This document shows, piece by piece, positions 1-13,746 of a DNA stretch of 64,000 nucleotides (position 1 is the stretch's first letter; the number at the start of each line of letters is the position of its first letter). Source of the DNA: Eledone cirrhosa (lineage: Eukaryota); NCBI GenBank assembly GCA_964016885.1, contig OZ024741.1:57908001-57972000 (forward strand). The letters run 5' to 3'. Made by a program: the position numbers and the translations under genes. The notes beneath the pieces are model-generated. The model saw only the letters and a list, made by a program, of their open reading frames with translations, was not told the DNA's origin and made no database searches.

Positions 1-541
1 AAATAAGAATTTTGGGGGTGCCGATTTTAATCTCTACTTGACCAACTGGACAGTGGACAGGGCTGGTCATTTGGTGCAGTAGTATTAATCATAAAGTGTC
101 AATTGGGGAAGGGGGAGATTTCGATTGCTACTAAATAACATCAATGCTAGTGGTCAGCTGGTATTTGCACTAGGGAATTGAATCAAAATCTACATTTTCA
201 TATTATAAATACTACCAGGATTGAACGCCTGTCTCTATCCCCGTTTGATTGTCAAAATAGATATGAACATTCTTTATTAGTCTTAATTCTATCAACTCTT
301 CTATTATTTACCTTTTAATACAAACTGCTATAGATAAAATGAGATTTCTGATTTTTTGATTCAATTCCCTAGTGCAAATACCAGCTGACCACTAGCATTG
401 ATGTTATTTAGTAGCAATCGAAATCTCCCCCTTCCCCAATTGACACTTTATGATTAATACTACTGCACCAAATGACCAGCCCTGTCCACTGTCCAGTTGG
501 TCAAGTAGAGATTAAAATCGGCACCCCCAAAATTCTTATTT
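1..541. repeat. Long perfect inverted repeat (arms 1-188 and 354-541, 165-bp spacer); left arm runs off the window
   Basis: Base-by-base reading shows 354-541 is the reverse complement of 1-188 (e.g. aaataagaattttggggg / cccccaaaattcttattt). Confidence 0.95.
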
Positions 542-863
542 AGATTTACTCATGGTATTCTCATTAAAAACCCATTATATACTTGTTTAGCAGTAAATTA
601 TTTTACCATCTGTCATATTCTATCCCCTCTGTTCCTTCCTCTTTTACTAATATAAATACTTCAATTTTTCTGATTTTATCCAGTTTATCCAAAATCTCTG
701 AAGAAGTGACAACTGATTATACATTTGCTATCGAATACTTGCTAACATTATATGATTACGCAAGCAGCGATACATAGGTATTCGGTCTGTTACAGAAACA
801 TATGTCAATACCTAATAAATTCCTTTTTTAACAAAAGCACTTTCATTTTATATTCATCCTTTC

Positions 864-2133
<1,270 letters not shown>

Positions 2134-2148
2134 CTGATATATATATAT

Positions 2149-2474
2149 GGAGGCACATGGCTTAGTGGTTAGAGCATTGGGCTTGCAATCGAATCGGGTG
2201 ATGTGTTGTTTCCTTGAGCAAGACACTTTATTTCACATTGCTCCAGTTTACTCAGCTGTAGAAATGAGATGATAGGGACTGAGATCTCTATCATTCCACT
2301 GCAAAGTGGTCGTGGAGGTGCCACGGCAAAAAAGCACCCACCACTCACTGTAAATGAGGTTGGTGTTAGGAAGGGCATCCAGCTGTAGAAATCAAGCCAG
2401 AATCAGTTCCCGTCTCACCCTTGCAAGCAGGGAAAAGTGGATGTAAAATGAAATGATGATGATGATGATGATGA
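2149..2474 (+). mobile_element. tRNA-headed SINE with RTE-derived body and 3' end, (GAT)n tail; B box deleted
   Basis: A-box tggcttagtggttagagc; CORE-like ccttgagcaagacacttt; ggtgttaggaagggcatccag block; 3' end matches the RTE at 22549. Lacks ~24 bp (gagttcaattc) present in the copy at 22110-22456. Confidence 0.85.
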
Positions 2475-2899
2475 TATACACACACACACTCACAGACACA
2501 GACAGACACACACACACACATATATATATTTAGATGCGTTGAATGCAGCAAGGCAGGTGTTTATTTCTATTCCACTTAAGTATCAGTTTCTTGTGGAATA
2601 AGTGGCCACTATATATATTAGGAAGAGCAAGGAATTTGTCTCTCCTATGTTTTTTATTTTGTTCAGTGTATCTATAAATTGAAAATAGAAACTACAAATC
2701 TCTAAAACACTATATGTTGTTAGGTTTAGTTGCTGTCTGTCAACTTAATTTATTGGTTCAATAACATCTTGAATACTTCTAGTAAAATATGAGTTTGTTT
2801 GTAATAAAAAAACAGATATTTATTTTTTCTATCCTACTGAAAAAATAAAATAAAATTTACAGTTCACACCTCTGCTGGTCATGCAGGATTTGGCTTTGT

Positions 2900-3235
2900 A
2901 GATGCTTGTATCTCAGGTTTCTTGAGTGTTTTAATGACAGGGACCCCAGTCCTCTCATGTTGTTGTTGTTACATTTCACACTTATGTAAGTTTAGCTAGT
3001 CCCCTATAAGGTTTTATCTCCTAGTATGTTCCATGTTTTAATATTGACCACTGTCCTATCATGTTGTTACAGCTTACAACTATGTGGATTTAGCTGACCT
3101 TCAACAAGGTTTTATTTAGGAAATTTCTTGAGTGTTTTAATGATAGTTACAGCTTATGCCTATTTAGATGTAGCTGGTGTCCAATGAGGCTTTAACTCAT
3201 AAGAGGTTTTTGGGGTGTGTTAATAACTTTATGAT
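2900..3235. repeat. Degenerate tandem repeat, ~90-bp period
   Basis: Recurring ttcttgagtgttttaatga, catgttgtt(g/a), tttagct and aaggtttta motifs. Confidence 0.5.
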
Positions 3236-3629
3236 AATGTGTCCAGCATTCAAACCACTAGGCTGTCTGCATTCTCTAAAGTGCCAGTTTCTTTTGAAAT
3301 GATTGACTTCCACTCGGATTAGGAAATGTGACAGCTTGAAGTGAATTTTATCTGAAATGCTGGTTAATGCTAATGAAAAATTCTATATCAAAATAAAATA
3401 TAATTATCTTTAGTGTCTGTAGACCTATTATTGTTATAGTATGTTGAACTATAAGAGGTGAAACTGCTGACATCACAAATATTATTTATTTTCGCAATCT
3501 TTACAGCTGCTGTAATGTTAATAAAAATATATTTCTCAATCTCAATATGGTAAGAAATGTGCAGATATTAATATGAATGTAACTAATGAGAATTGTAAAG
3601 TTAATATAAACATTTTATGAGCTGTTGAA

Positions 3630-3885
3630 CAAATTTTAATTTTGTAAGTATATCAGCTTGTGATAAGCTGCTACAATGCATGTCTAACTATAAAATAGTC
3701 AAACTTGTTGGCTAGAAAAATAGGCATAGTCATCATTGGGAATCAAACTTGCATCTGCTATAAACCAGACACCTGCATTACCATTACAGGGGTGTACATG
3801 TCCAACTTATAGAACTATTTTATAGTTAGACCTGTGTTGTAGTAGCTTACAATAAGCTAACATACTTTCAAAATGTAAAGTTAAT
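3630..3885. repeat. Diverged inverted repeat (~70-bp arms) around a ~100-bp spacer; old MITE-like or fold-back element
   Basis: gtctaactataaaatagt (~3682-3699) versus actattttatagttagac (~3814-3831); flanking arms match at roughly 80%. Confidence 0.65.
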
Positions 3886-3937
3886 ATGTTTCAGTAATAC
3901 ATGGAATGTATGGCTGTAGAAACACAATGTATGTTGG

Positions 3938-4231
3938 CAGGGCTGGTTCTACTTTATAGGCAAACTAGGCAGCCACCTAGGGCGCTGATTTCAGGAGGCG
4001 CATTTCTCCAAATCAACAACAATTTTGAAAAATAAATAAATAAAGAAATTTCAGTTTTATTAAGGGGCGTTTTTTATCCTGGTTTATTTCATACAGGGAC
4101 AAATAAATGTTGAAAAAATCTTTTTAAAAATTTATTATTTATAAATTTTGAAATTGATATTTTCCTTGGAAGGGAGGTGGGAGCAGAATCTAATCTTGCC
4201 TAGGGTGCCAGATAGTCTGGCACCGGCCCTG
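3938..4231. mobile_element. hAT-type MITE
   Basis: Termini cagggctgg...ccggccctg, subterminal cctagg repeats, 8-bp TSD tatgttgg/tgtgttgg (one mismatch). Confidence 0.8.
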
Positions 4232-4254
4232 TGTGTTGGGTCTCCATTAGTTCT

Positions 4255-4547
4255 ATTGTTAAGTATTCCAGTTGATTTGATCAACGAAACAGCCAACTTC
4301 TAAAATTAACGGACAATTGACTGAGTATTCCATTCCACAGACACATACACCCCTTTCAGTCTGATACAATGTGTGACAAAACTGGTTATTTTAAATCAAA
4401 GGTAAGACTCGTGTTTATCAAGTTCAATGGACTCGAACAATGTGAAAGGTAGTGTCTGGCTCAAAAACAGAACACGCCACTGGGAATCAAACTCCCATCC
4501 TTACAATTGTGAACCAAACACCCTAACCACTAAGACAAGTACCTTCA
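4255..4547 (-). mobile_element. Old tRNA-derived SINE
   Basis: Minus strand starts with cttagtggttagggtg (A box) and gagtttgattccc (B box), followed by a CORE-like segment. Confidence 0.65.
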
Positions 4548-4607
4548 GAATAGAATCTGAATCAGCATCATACTTTCTCTCTCTCTATCTATCTATCTAT
4601 CTATCTA

Positions 4608-5939
4608 GTCGGCACCTTACTAAAGGAATACGAAAGTCTCACAGGAGCGAAGCTGAACCGGGACAAGTCCATCGGTTTGCAACTCGGATCGTGGAGAGGC
4701 AGACCGATGCCTTCCGATGGCGTCGTCGGACGCTGGACGGAAGGACCGGTAAAGCTGCTCGGGGTCTGGTTTGGTCCGGACCTCCAGGTGGAGAAGAACT
4801 GGAACGAAGTGACGGCCAAGGTGTTTGCACTCACCCAGAAGTGGGCCGAGTGCAAACTATCCTTGAAAGGTCGAGCGGAGGTGGCGAACACTTTTATAGC
4901 GTCCGCCATCTACTACCGCTTGACCGTCGTGCCTTGTCCAGCCAAAACGCTCGCCAAAATGGAACGCGCGCTCTTCCGATTCCTTTGGAAGAGGCGGGCT
5001 CCTTTGGTGAGAAGATCCATCTGCTGCCAACACCCTTCTAACGGAGGGCTGGGGATGCCGTGGTTGACGATGCGCAAACACGCGCTCAGGCTGCGGCATC
5101 TCTACGTATTCCTCACCGGACAACCGGTGTGGGCCCCGTTCGTGAGGCGAGCCTTCCCACGACTCGTCTCGCTGACCGAGCTGCAGTCCTGGGTCAAGCA
5201 GAGACCGAGGAAAATGGGCGACTGGCACATCGAATGTGCTCAGGCGCTCACAGCCCTCTGGCAGGCGGACCCGGCGATCAGTGGAGACTCCACTTCGTCA
5301 TTCTATAAAGGGTTGGTCCGCAGCAAGTGCGACGACGCGCTCGGTGAAACTCTAGGCGTAGAGGAAGATGAACTGGCCAGTCTGTTCGGTAAGACCTTCC
5401 GCCCGGGACCGATGGACAACTTCCAAAAGTCCCTGGCCTGGCAGTGCTACCGAGGAGCTCTACCAGTTCGAGACAAGCTCTACAGACATGGGCGCCCAGG
5501 AAGGGACCCTGCAAAAAAGATCTGTCCGAGGTGCGTGCGAGACGAAGAAACCGTTGCGCACGCATTCATACACTGCCCGGGCGTCACTGACCTGTGGAGC
5601 TATGTAGAACGACTATTGTCGAGGGTGGGACCAATCCAGTTGACCACCGAGTCCATTGTCATGATCAAACCGCCACCCTCCTTCATAAACGAAGGAGAGG
5701 CAGTTTTCTTTTGTGTGATAGCTATGGCGAAAGAGGTTGTATGGTGGACAAGGTTGAAAGGGCTGAGGTCAGACACCTTTCTCTCCGGCCAACAACTGAT
5801 TCTTTTTTTCAAATACCACTTTGGAAGAAGAATCAAGATGGAGAGAGAGGTGCTGTACCCCAGCAAGTTTTATGAAAGGTGGGTGAATGTGGCGAGAATG
5901 GCCCGAGTGAATGGGCCTTCTCTCTATATCAGCCTGTAG
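4608..5939 (+). pseudogene. Truncated ORF2 of copy 1 (RT thumb and C-terminal CCHC zinc finger), open to its stop
   Basis: KLLGVWFG, GGLGMP and CPRC-x8-H-x4-C motifs; homologous to 13747-17193. Confidence 0.9.
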
Positions 5940-6178
5940 GTTGAGGAAAAGGAGGAGGAGAGGAAAGGAGTACAAACTTTTCGTACTCCTGGAGATGAGG
6001 GTTGCACTTTTTTTTCAGGGGTATGTGTTACCCATATAAACTGTCTCCCTCTATTGGGGAAAATCGACTAACTTTTTAAATTCCATTTGTGATAACATTT
6101 TACACGTTTTTATTGTATGTAAACTTTCCCCCTTTGTATTTGTCCCCTTCTTTTGTGCCCCTGTGGCTAATAAAGAAA
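4608..6178 (+). mobile_element. Tx1-like non-LTR retrotransposon copy 1 (subfamily A), 5'-truncated inside RT
   Basis: Starts right after (TCTA)n; carries the ORF2 C-terminus; ends aataaagaaa followed by (TATC)n. Confidence 0.92.
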
Positions 6179-6407
6179 TATATCTATCTATCTCTCTATC
6201 TGCCTGACGCGTGGAACATCGGCGGTAAGCTTTTTTGTTAATTTCTATGCAAAAAACCGAACTAATTGTTTGAAAAAACATAACATTTTGTAGATTAACA
6301 CCCAACCTGAATTGTCAGCTGGGCGATAATCCCATTTTCGCCCCTTTAGGGGCGAAAATTTAATTTAAAAATTGTTTTAAAATATCAAATTTTGACAACT
6401 ATAAAAC

Positions 6408-8311
6408 ATGAATAGCTCGGAAAGAACGCTAGAGAACGTCGACAGAGAAAAGAGAAGTAGAGAGGCAGATATTAACGTTATATCTGCTTCTGCTACTATG
6501 GACGTCGCCATAGATACGACTGTCAACAAAGAGAAAAAATATTACCACTTGAAGATTTTTAAATTTCTACCGTCGAAGTGGAGAAAAACAACAATAACAC
6601 ACAGGAAAACACATGAATTAAACCTATTAACATACATACACATGAAAAAGACAACATCAACAACTCCATAGATACATCTACACAAAGTTTCACCTCGTCA
6701 AGAAATTGAGATTTCCAACACCGAGGCTAACAACGATAACAACAACAACAACAACAACAACAACACAAAAAAAAATGTCTTTCGCTGAAACAGTGAACAA
6801 AAAACAAGATTTTATAAATCTTGACATCTCCAATGCAAGAGATATGCTCCAGCAAGGGAGAAAATTTGTAACTTTCGAAGACAAGGGTGGGTTTAGAATT
6901 AACTCACCCCTCGAAATAAAAGTAGAGAGTTCGAAGGACAGTGACCTTTAGGACTGTATCCAACACAACGAGAAAGCCGATTTTTGTTAGTCAAGCAGAT
7001 ATAGAAGCGACCTTCAAGGAGATTTTAGCAAATATTGACTTTCTCCAACGAGGAAAATAGTAGGGAAGTGTTTCCGTACTGTTTAAAAGCGAGGCATTCG
7101 CCCCAAAACATTCTGTAACACCAATAGTGTCAAAAGCATTCACCTTTTTCCCTACGTACATGGGAAAAGGGACAGAAAAAATAAAAATAAAAAATATACC
7201 ACCCAACATTAACATCTGGTGTATCTTGGCTGGCTTTGTAGAGCCAGAGACTGATATGATTCTTTCGATACGAAAGTCTATTAGACAAAGGTGGGCGGGT
7301 ACTGATTTGGAGATTCTGATTCAAGTGAGGCCGGAGAGAATCTCCAAAATACCCGAAAAAGTCGTCATCGACGACAACAACAAAATAAACATTACGGTGG
7401 AGGGTCGAAAACTTCATTGCTTTCGCTGTGGTAGCACAGCACACCTAAAGGCCTCCTGTCCTTTACAAACACACCACAACATCATTAAAAAAACACTATT
7501 ACCAACACCAACACCAAAACAACCACCACCACAAATACAACAACAGACAAAACAAGCAAACACACCTAAACAAACAGCCACTCAGCCAACAACAACTGAA
7601 AAACACAGACAACACCCCTGAAGAACACAGCCCCACCCCATCCCACTCCATCAAACACTACCACAAACACACAGACCGAAACACCACCACCACACAACAT
7701 ACCCCTACCCCACACTCCTGACGATAATTATTCATCGACAGATGAGGCTGCTTCTCCTTCTTTAAGTGAAGAAGAAGGAGAGCTTACGAAATCTAAAAAA
7801 CAAAAAAAGAGACACCACAAAACCCCCAAAACTCCAATCACCAACACCAACACACAACCACAGACACAAACAACAACACAAACAACACCACAGTCAAACA
7901 TCCCCCTACCAGCAAAACCAACACCAACACCACCCCAAACACAAGCACCCACCATAAAAAGAAAACTCCCGGACGAACAACCAACTAAAACAACACAACA
8001 AAAACACAAACAACAATACGCATACATCAACACAAACAACAAGAGTTTGATGGAGGTAATCTCCCAAAACCCCAAGGTGGAGACGGAGGGCAAAACTTTC
8101 GTCAAAGCAGAATCGTCTCAACACCTTAAACTTATAAGGGTTTCTAAGGAGACCTATAGTGACCTGAAAAATAAATGTTCACAGCACGTGGGCAACCCCT
8201 GCCAGAAACCCATTAACCGCGTCCTGCTAAAATGTTTCTCCATCCCATCCAACACCCCCTCCAGCACCCAAATGGAGATTGAACAACCCGATCCAGCAAA
8301 CGAAAAGGTAA
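6408..8311 (+). pseudogene. ORF1 of copy 2 (gag-like: CCHC knuckle, Thr/Pro/Gln-rich region), with stops and frameshifts
   Basis: ORF fragments 6408, 6706, 7127 (CFRCGSTAHLKASC) and 8047; C-terminus collinear with copy 4. Confidence 0.8.
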
Positions 8312-8352
8312 GTCACCTTTTCGTCCTTTTTCTCCAACTCTTCTTCGCCAAC

Positions 8353-11300
8353 ATGGCTAGTTTATGAGTTGGAAGCGTGAATGGGCGTGGCCTAGGGATG
8401 CTCTGGAAACAGGGCCAACTTTTAAACGACCTTAGGTCACACGGTATGGATGTGATAGCCATTACCGAGTCCAGGATCCACAACAGGCAGCAACTAACCC
8501 CCATCTTCGACGACTTTGAGATCTACGCATCTCTCTGTCAGCCAGGAGGTGGAGGAGGAGTGGCTGTCATGTTTCGGAAGGACCTGGACGTCGAAATACA
8601 GCAAGTACACTTGGACCCGGAGGGTAGACTGGTAGTCCTAGACGTGAACAGTATTGGAGGTGGAGCCCTCAGACTGGTGGCCGTTTATGCCCCGACCGGC
8701 AATCGCAATCACGGCCAGACTTCTTTAAGCATCTAGAGTCTTTTCTGGGAACGTCTCGCTCCTTACTTTTAGTGGGGGACTGGAATGGTATCCTAGATGC
8801 ACGATGGCACTATGTCCCAGTAGAGGGGGGGTGCAACAGCCTCAAAACTTTAATCGGCCAATTCCAACTGGTCGATAGGTATTAACTGGATTTCCCGACT
8901 GCACCACAGTGGACGTGGGCAAACCGCAGCGGGACATCTAGATCGTATTTAGATAGGTTCTTCATTAGAGAAAGGGACAAGGAGATGTTAAGCTGTCCAC
9001 GAATGTACATGGTTGCCTATTCAGATCACAAAATAGTCGTCTGCATAGTCAACCGTGATAGAATACATAAACAAGGACCCGGATACTGGAAGCTGTTGCT
9101 TAACTAATCTACTTATCCGTTCACTGTAGGCTTTTCGTTGCCGGCACGAAAAGCCTACAGTGAACGGATAAGTAGATTAGTTAAGCAAGAGTTGACGGGA
9201 GCCATCGTCAACAATAGATGGTGGTACTCTCTCAAGAGAGCAATTAGAGTAGAATCGATAGGGTTCTATAGCAGAGAATTAGCTTTAGAGAAAAACAAAT
9301 CAGAAACAGAACTAGTAGCCAAGGTAGAAGAGGTGCTTAGGAGTGGCAATGCAGCTAGTGTGCTAGCATCGAGAACAGCACTGGACCAGTTCTTCGAAAC
9401 ACGAAGGCTGCGTGGTCAGAAGTAAATCTCGTGCTCAAGGAAACGAGGGAGTAAAAGCTGTTAGCTGGGCCCGAGTGGTGGAAGCGAAAAGTGGCAACAA
9501 GTCCACGATTTGGTCTTTGAAAGACCAAAATGGACGCGTGCTACTTGACTCCAGGCAGATGTGCGCGGCCTATCAGCAGCACTTTGTGCGACTGTTTGAG
9601 CAGAACGACAGTGCACTGAACGGGACAATGGACTTTGGTTCATACCTCGATGGCCTGACGCGCCTCTTGAGCATGGACGCCGAGTTCTGCGAAAGACCGA
9701 TCACAGCCACTGAGATACGGACGCTCTGGGCCACTGCGGGAAATGAAAATCACCCGGTCTAGATGGTCTACCCTATGAGATTTGCATAGGCATTCCAGAC
9801 TTGTTCTCTGGCGTCCTCGAAGCTGTCTCCTGCAATTGGCAGCAGAACGGGAGAATTCCCAGTTCTGCAGGCAAGGGCGTAGTAACGCTGATCAGGAAAG
9901 ACGAGAACAAAGGGGGACAAAATAAACAATTTCAGGCCCATAACTCTGCTCAACACAGTGTTGAAGATTTTGGCCAAGGTGCTAGCAACGAGGCTGGCGC
10001 TTGTCGTCAAAAACCTGGTAGGGAAAGCGCAAACGTGTGCAATCCTGACCAGGTCCATACACGACAACCTCCACCTTATGCAATACATTATAGAGAGGGT
10101 GTGGTGTAAACCCGGCTTTGGTGGGGCTCTGATAAATTTAGATCAGTCTAAGGCATTCGATAGGGTCGGCCATCGATACTTGGAAGCGGTTCTCAAGGCG
10201 GCCGGTTTCGGTCCCGTTTTCAGAGACTGGATCGAGGCGATGCACACCAGCATCTGCTCGAAGGTCAAGGTGAACGGCTACCTATCAGAGCCGTTCGCAA
10301 TCATGCGTTCCATTCGACAGGGATGCCACCTCTCCTCCATTCTGTACGTATTGACTCTAGAGCCACTTCTGCGGAAGTTGGAGCTTTTGCAGGGCATCCC
10401 TTTAGAACCGGGACTGCGAAAAGCGGCGTCGGCTTATGCCGACGACATAACAGTAATGGTGTCGAAAACCTCGGAAATCGAGGTAATCGGCAACCTACTA
10501 CAGGAATACGAAAGGTTCACAGGAGCAAAACTGAACCCGGACAAGTCTGTCGGTTTGCAACTCGGAATGTGGAGAGGCAAACCGATGCCGTCCAACAGCG
10601 TCGTTGGACGCTGGACGGAAGGACCAGTGAAATTGCTCAGGGTGGAGAAAAACTGGAATGAGGTCATGTCCAAGGTATTTGCGCTCACCCAGAAGTGGGC
10701 AGAGTGCAAACTGTCTTTGAAAGGTCAAGCGGAGGTGGCGAACACTTTCATAGCGTCCGTCATCTACTACCGCTTGACTGTCGTGCCTTGTCCCCGTGAA
10801 TACCTTACCAAGATGGAACGCATGCTCTTCCAGTTCCTGTGGAAGAAGCAGGCTCCACTGGTGAGGTGATCCGTCTGCTGTCAACACCCTTCCAACGGAG
10901 GGCTGGGCATGCCGTGGATAATGATGCGCAAACATGCGCTGAGGCTATGGCATCTCCAGGTATTCCTCACTGAGCAACCGGTGTGGGCACCGTTTGTTAG
11001 ACAGGCCTTCCCACAACTTGTCTCGCTGACAGAGCTGCAGTCCTGGGTCAAGCGAAGACCGAAGAAGATGGGTGCCTGGCACATTGAATGCGCCCAGGCG
11101 CTCACAGACCTCTGTCAAGTGGGCACAGCAATCAGTGGAGAATCCAATTCAACATTCTATAGAGGGTTAGTACTTTACAAGTGCGAGGAGGTGCTTGGGG
11201 AGACTCTAGGCGTCGAAGACGACGAGCTCACCAGTCTGTTAGGTAGGACTTTCCGCCTGGGACCTATGGACAACTTCCAGAGGTCCCTGGCCAGGCAGTG

Positions 11301-11762
11301 CTACCGAGGAGCTCTACCCGTTCGAGACAAGATCTACAGGCACGGACGCTCCGGCAGGGATCCTTCCAAGAGGACGTGTCCAAGATACGAGTAGGACATT
11401 GAAACCGTCTTGCATGCAATTGTACACTGCCCGGGCACAGGCGACCTGTTGAACTATGCAGAACAACTGCTGTCGCGTATGTGACAAATCCAGTTGACTG
11501 CTGAGTCCATAGTAAGGATCAAACCACCAGCTTCTTTCAAAAACGAAAGAGAGGTGGTTTTCCTCTATACAGAGACTATGGTGAAAGAGGTTATATGGTG
11601 GACGAGATTGAGAGGACTGAGGACAGATGCCTTTCTCTCCGGACAACAATTGATTCCAGAGTGGAGAGAGAGGCACTGCACCCCAGTAAATTTACTGAAA
11701 GGTAGGTGAATGAAGCGAAAATGACCCGAGTGATTGGGCCTTCTCTGTTTACAAGCCTGTAG
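8353..11762 (+). pseudogene. ORF2 of copy 2 (APE endonuclease, RT with YADD, zinc finger), multiply disrupted
   Basis: Fragments 8377, 9138, 9412, 9801, 9958 and 10909 are collinear with the 13747 ORF; many stops and indels. Confidence 0.92.
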
Positions 11763-12048
11763 GTTAAAGAAGAGAACAAAAGGAAGAAAGGAGCACTTGC
11801 ACAACACGCTCCTGAAGTTGAGGGTTGTTCTATCGACGGGATATTAAACAACCCATTTGTGGCACTTCTCCCTTATTGGGGATTTCGATTGTTATAACTG
11901 TTTCTTTCAACATTTTTACACGACTGTATGTAAAATCCCTGGCATGTATCTTTGTATTGTCTCCTTTTCTTGTTCGCCCTTGTGGCAAATAAAGAAATAT
12001 ATCTCTATCTATCTATCTATCTGCCTATCTATCTATCTATATCTATCT

Positions 12049-12586
12049 GGTTGACCACCGGGTCCATTGTCATGATCAAACCGCCACCCTCCTTCAAAAA
12101 CGAAGGAGAGGCAGTTTTCCTTTGTGTGATAGCTATGGCGACAGAGGTTGTATGGTGGGCGAGGTTAAAAGGGCTGAGGTCAGACACCTTTCTCTCCGGC
12201 CAACAACTGATTCTTTTTTTCAAATACCACTTTGGAAGAAGAATCAGGATGGAGAGAGAGATTCTGTACCCCAGCAAGTTTTATGAAAGGTGGGTGAAAG
12301 TGGCGAGAATGGCCCGAGTGAATGGGCCTTCTCTCTATATCAGCCTGTAGGTTGAGGAAAAAGAGGAAGAGAGGAAGAGGGTACTCACTCTTCGTACTCC
12401 TGGAGATGAGAGTTGCACATTTTTTCGGGGGTATGTGTTACCCATATGTAATGTCTCCCCCTATTGGGGAAAATCGATTAATTTTTCAATTGCATTTGTG
12501 ATAGTATTTTACACGTTTTTATTGTATGTAAACTTCCCCCTTTATATTTGTCCCCTTCTTTTGTGCCCCTGTGGCTAATAAAGAAA
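12049..12586 (+). mobile_element. Tx1-like copy 3 (subfamily A), short 3' fragment
   Basis: Closely matches 5639-6178 (ends GPSLYISL*, same 3' UTR); (TATC)n on both sides. Confidence 0.92.
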
Positions 12587-12623
12587 CATATCTATTTATA
12601 TCTATCTATATCTATCTATATCT

Positions 12624-12725
12624 ATCTATCTATCTATCTCTTGCACACACACACAACACATGCCTTCACGGTAACAAAATACAACTTAAATAAGTCTCAC
12701 ACTTAAAAATATAATGTAATTTGCA
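12624..12725 (+). repeat. Left copy of the 102-bp direct repeat flanking Tx1 copy 4
   Basis: Identical to 17419-17520; 86 bp of it is not (TCTA)n. Confidence 0.93.
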
Positions 12726-13705
12726 GAGAGAATCTCCAAAATACCCGAAAGAGTCGTTATTGATAATAACAACAAAATAAACATTTCGGTAGAAGGAAGA
12801 AAATTTCACTGCTTTCGCTGTGGTAGCACATCTCACCTAAAAGCCTCTTGTCCACAAACACACAACAGCAACATCATAAAAAAAACGCTATTACCAACAC
12901 CAACACCAAAACAACCACCACCACCACCACAAGTACAACGACAGACGAAACGAGCAACCACACCAAAACAAACAGACACTCAACCAACAACAACAGAAAA
13001 AACAGAGACAACACCCCTGAAGAACACATCCCCACTCCATCAAACACTACCACAAACACACATACCGAAACACCACCACCACCACACAACATACCCTTAC
13101 CCCACACACCTGACGATGATTATTCATCGACGGATGAAGCTGCTTCTCCTTCTTTAAGTGAAGAAGAGGGAGAACCGCGGAAATCCAAAAAACAAAAAAA
13201 GAGACACCACAAAACCCCCAAAACTCCAATCACCAACACCAACACACAACCACAGACACAAACAACAACACAAACAACACCACAGTCAAACATCCCCCTA
13301 TCAGCAAAACCAGCACCAACACCACCCCAAACACAAGCACCCACCATAAAAAGAAAACTCCCGGATGAACAACAAACTAAAACAATACAACAAAAACACA
13401 AACAACAATACGCATACATCAACACAAACAACAAGAGTTTGATGGAGGTCATCTCCCAAAACCCCAAGGTGGAGACGGAGGGCAAAACTTTCGTCAAAGC
13501 AGAATCGTCTCCACACCTTAAACTTATAAGGGTTTCTATGGAAACCTATAAAGACCTGAAAATTAAATTTTCACAGGACGTGGGCAACCCCTGCCACAAA
13601 CCCATCAACCGCGTCCTGTTGAAAGGTTTCCCCACCCCACCCAACACCCCATCCAGCACCCAAATGGAGATTGAACAACCCGATCTCCAGGAAACGAAAA
13701 GGTAA
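12726..13705 (+). pseudogene. Partial ORF1 of copy 4 (knuckle CFRCGSTSHLKASC, one frameshift near 13000)
   Basis: Knuckle frame differs by one base from the 12848-13705 ORF that carries the C-terminus. Confidence 0.8.
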
Positions 13706-13746
13706 GTGCACCTTTCGTCCTTTTTCTCCAACTTTTCTTCACCAAC

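Larger units (their letters stand above)
6206..11997 (+). mobile_element. Tx1-like copy 2 (subfamily B), apparently full-length (~5.8 kb), decayed
   Basis: 5' UTR, ORF1, ORF2 and 3' UTR with AATAAA. Flanked on both sides by (TATC)n ending in the same variant, ctatctgcct (ends at 6205 and 12026), a likely TSD. Confidence 0.92.

Noticed and set aside
12990-13010. Programmed frameshift in Tx1 ORF1, since both copies break frame at the same A-run
   Set aside because: The run is 6 A in copy 4 and 5 A in copy 2 (~7599), needing opposite shifts, and there is no in-frame canonical slippery heptamer. Homopolymer slippage or sequencing error is simpler.
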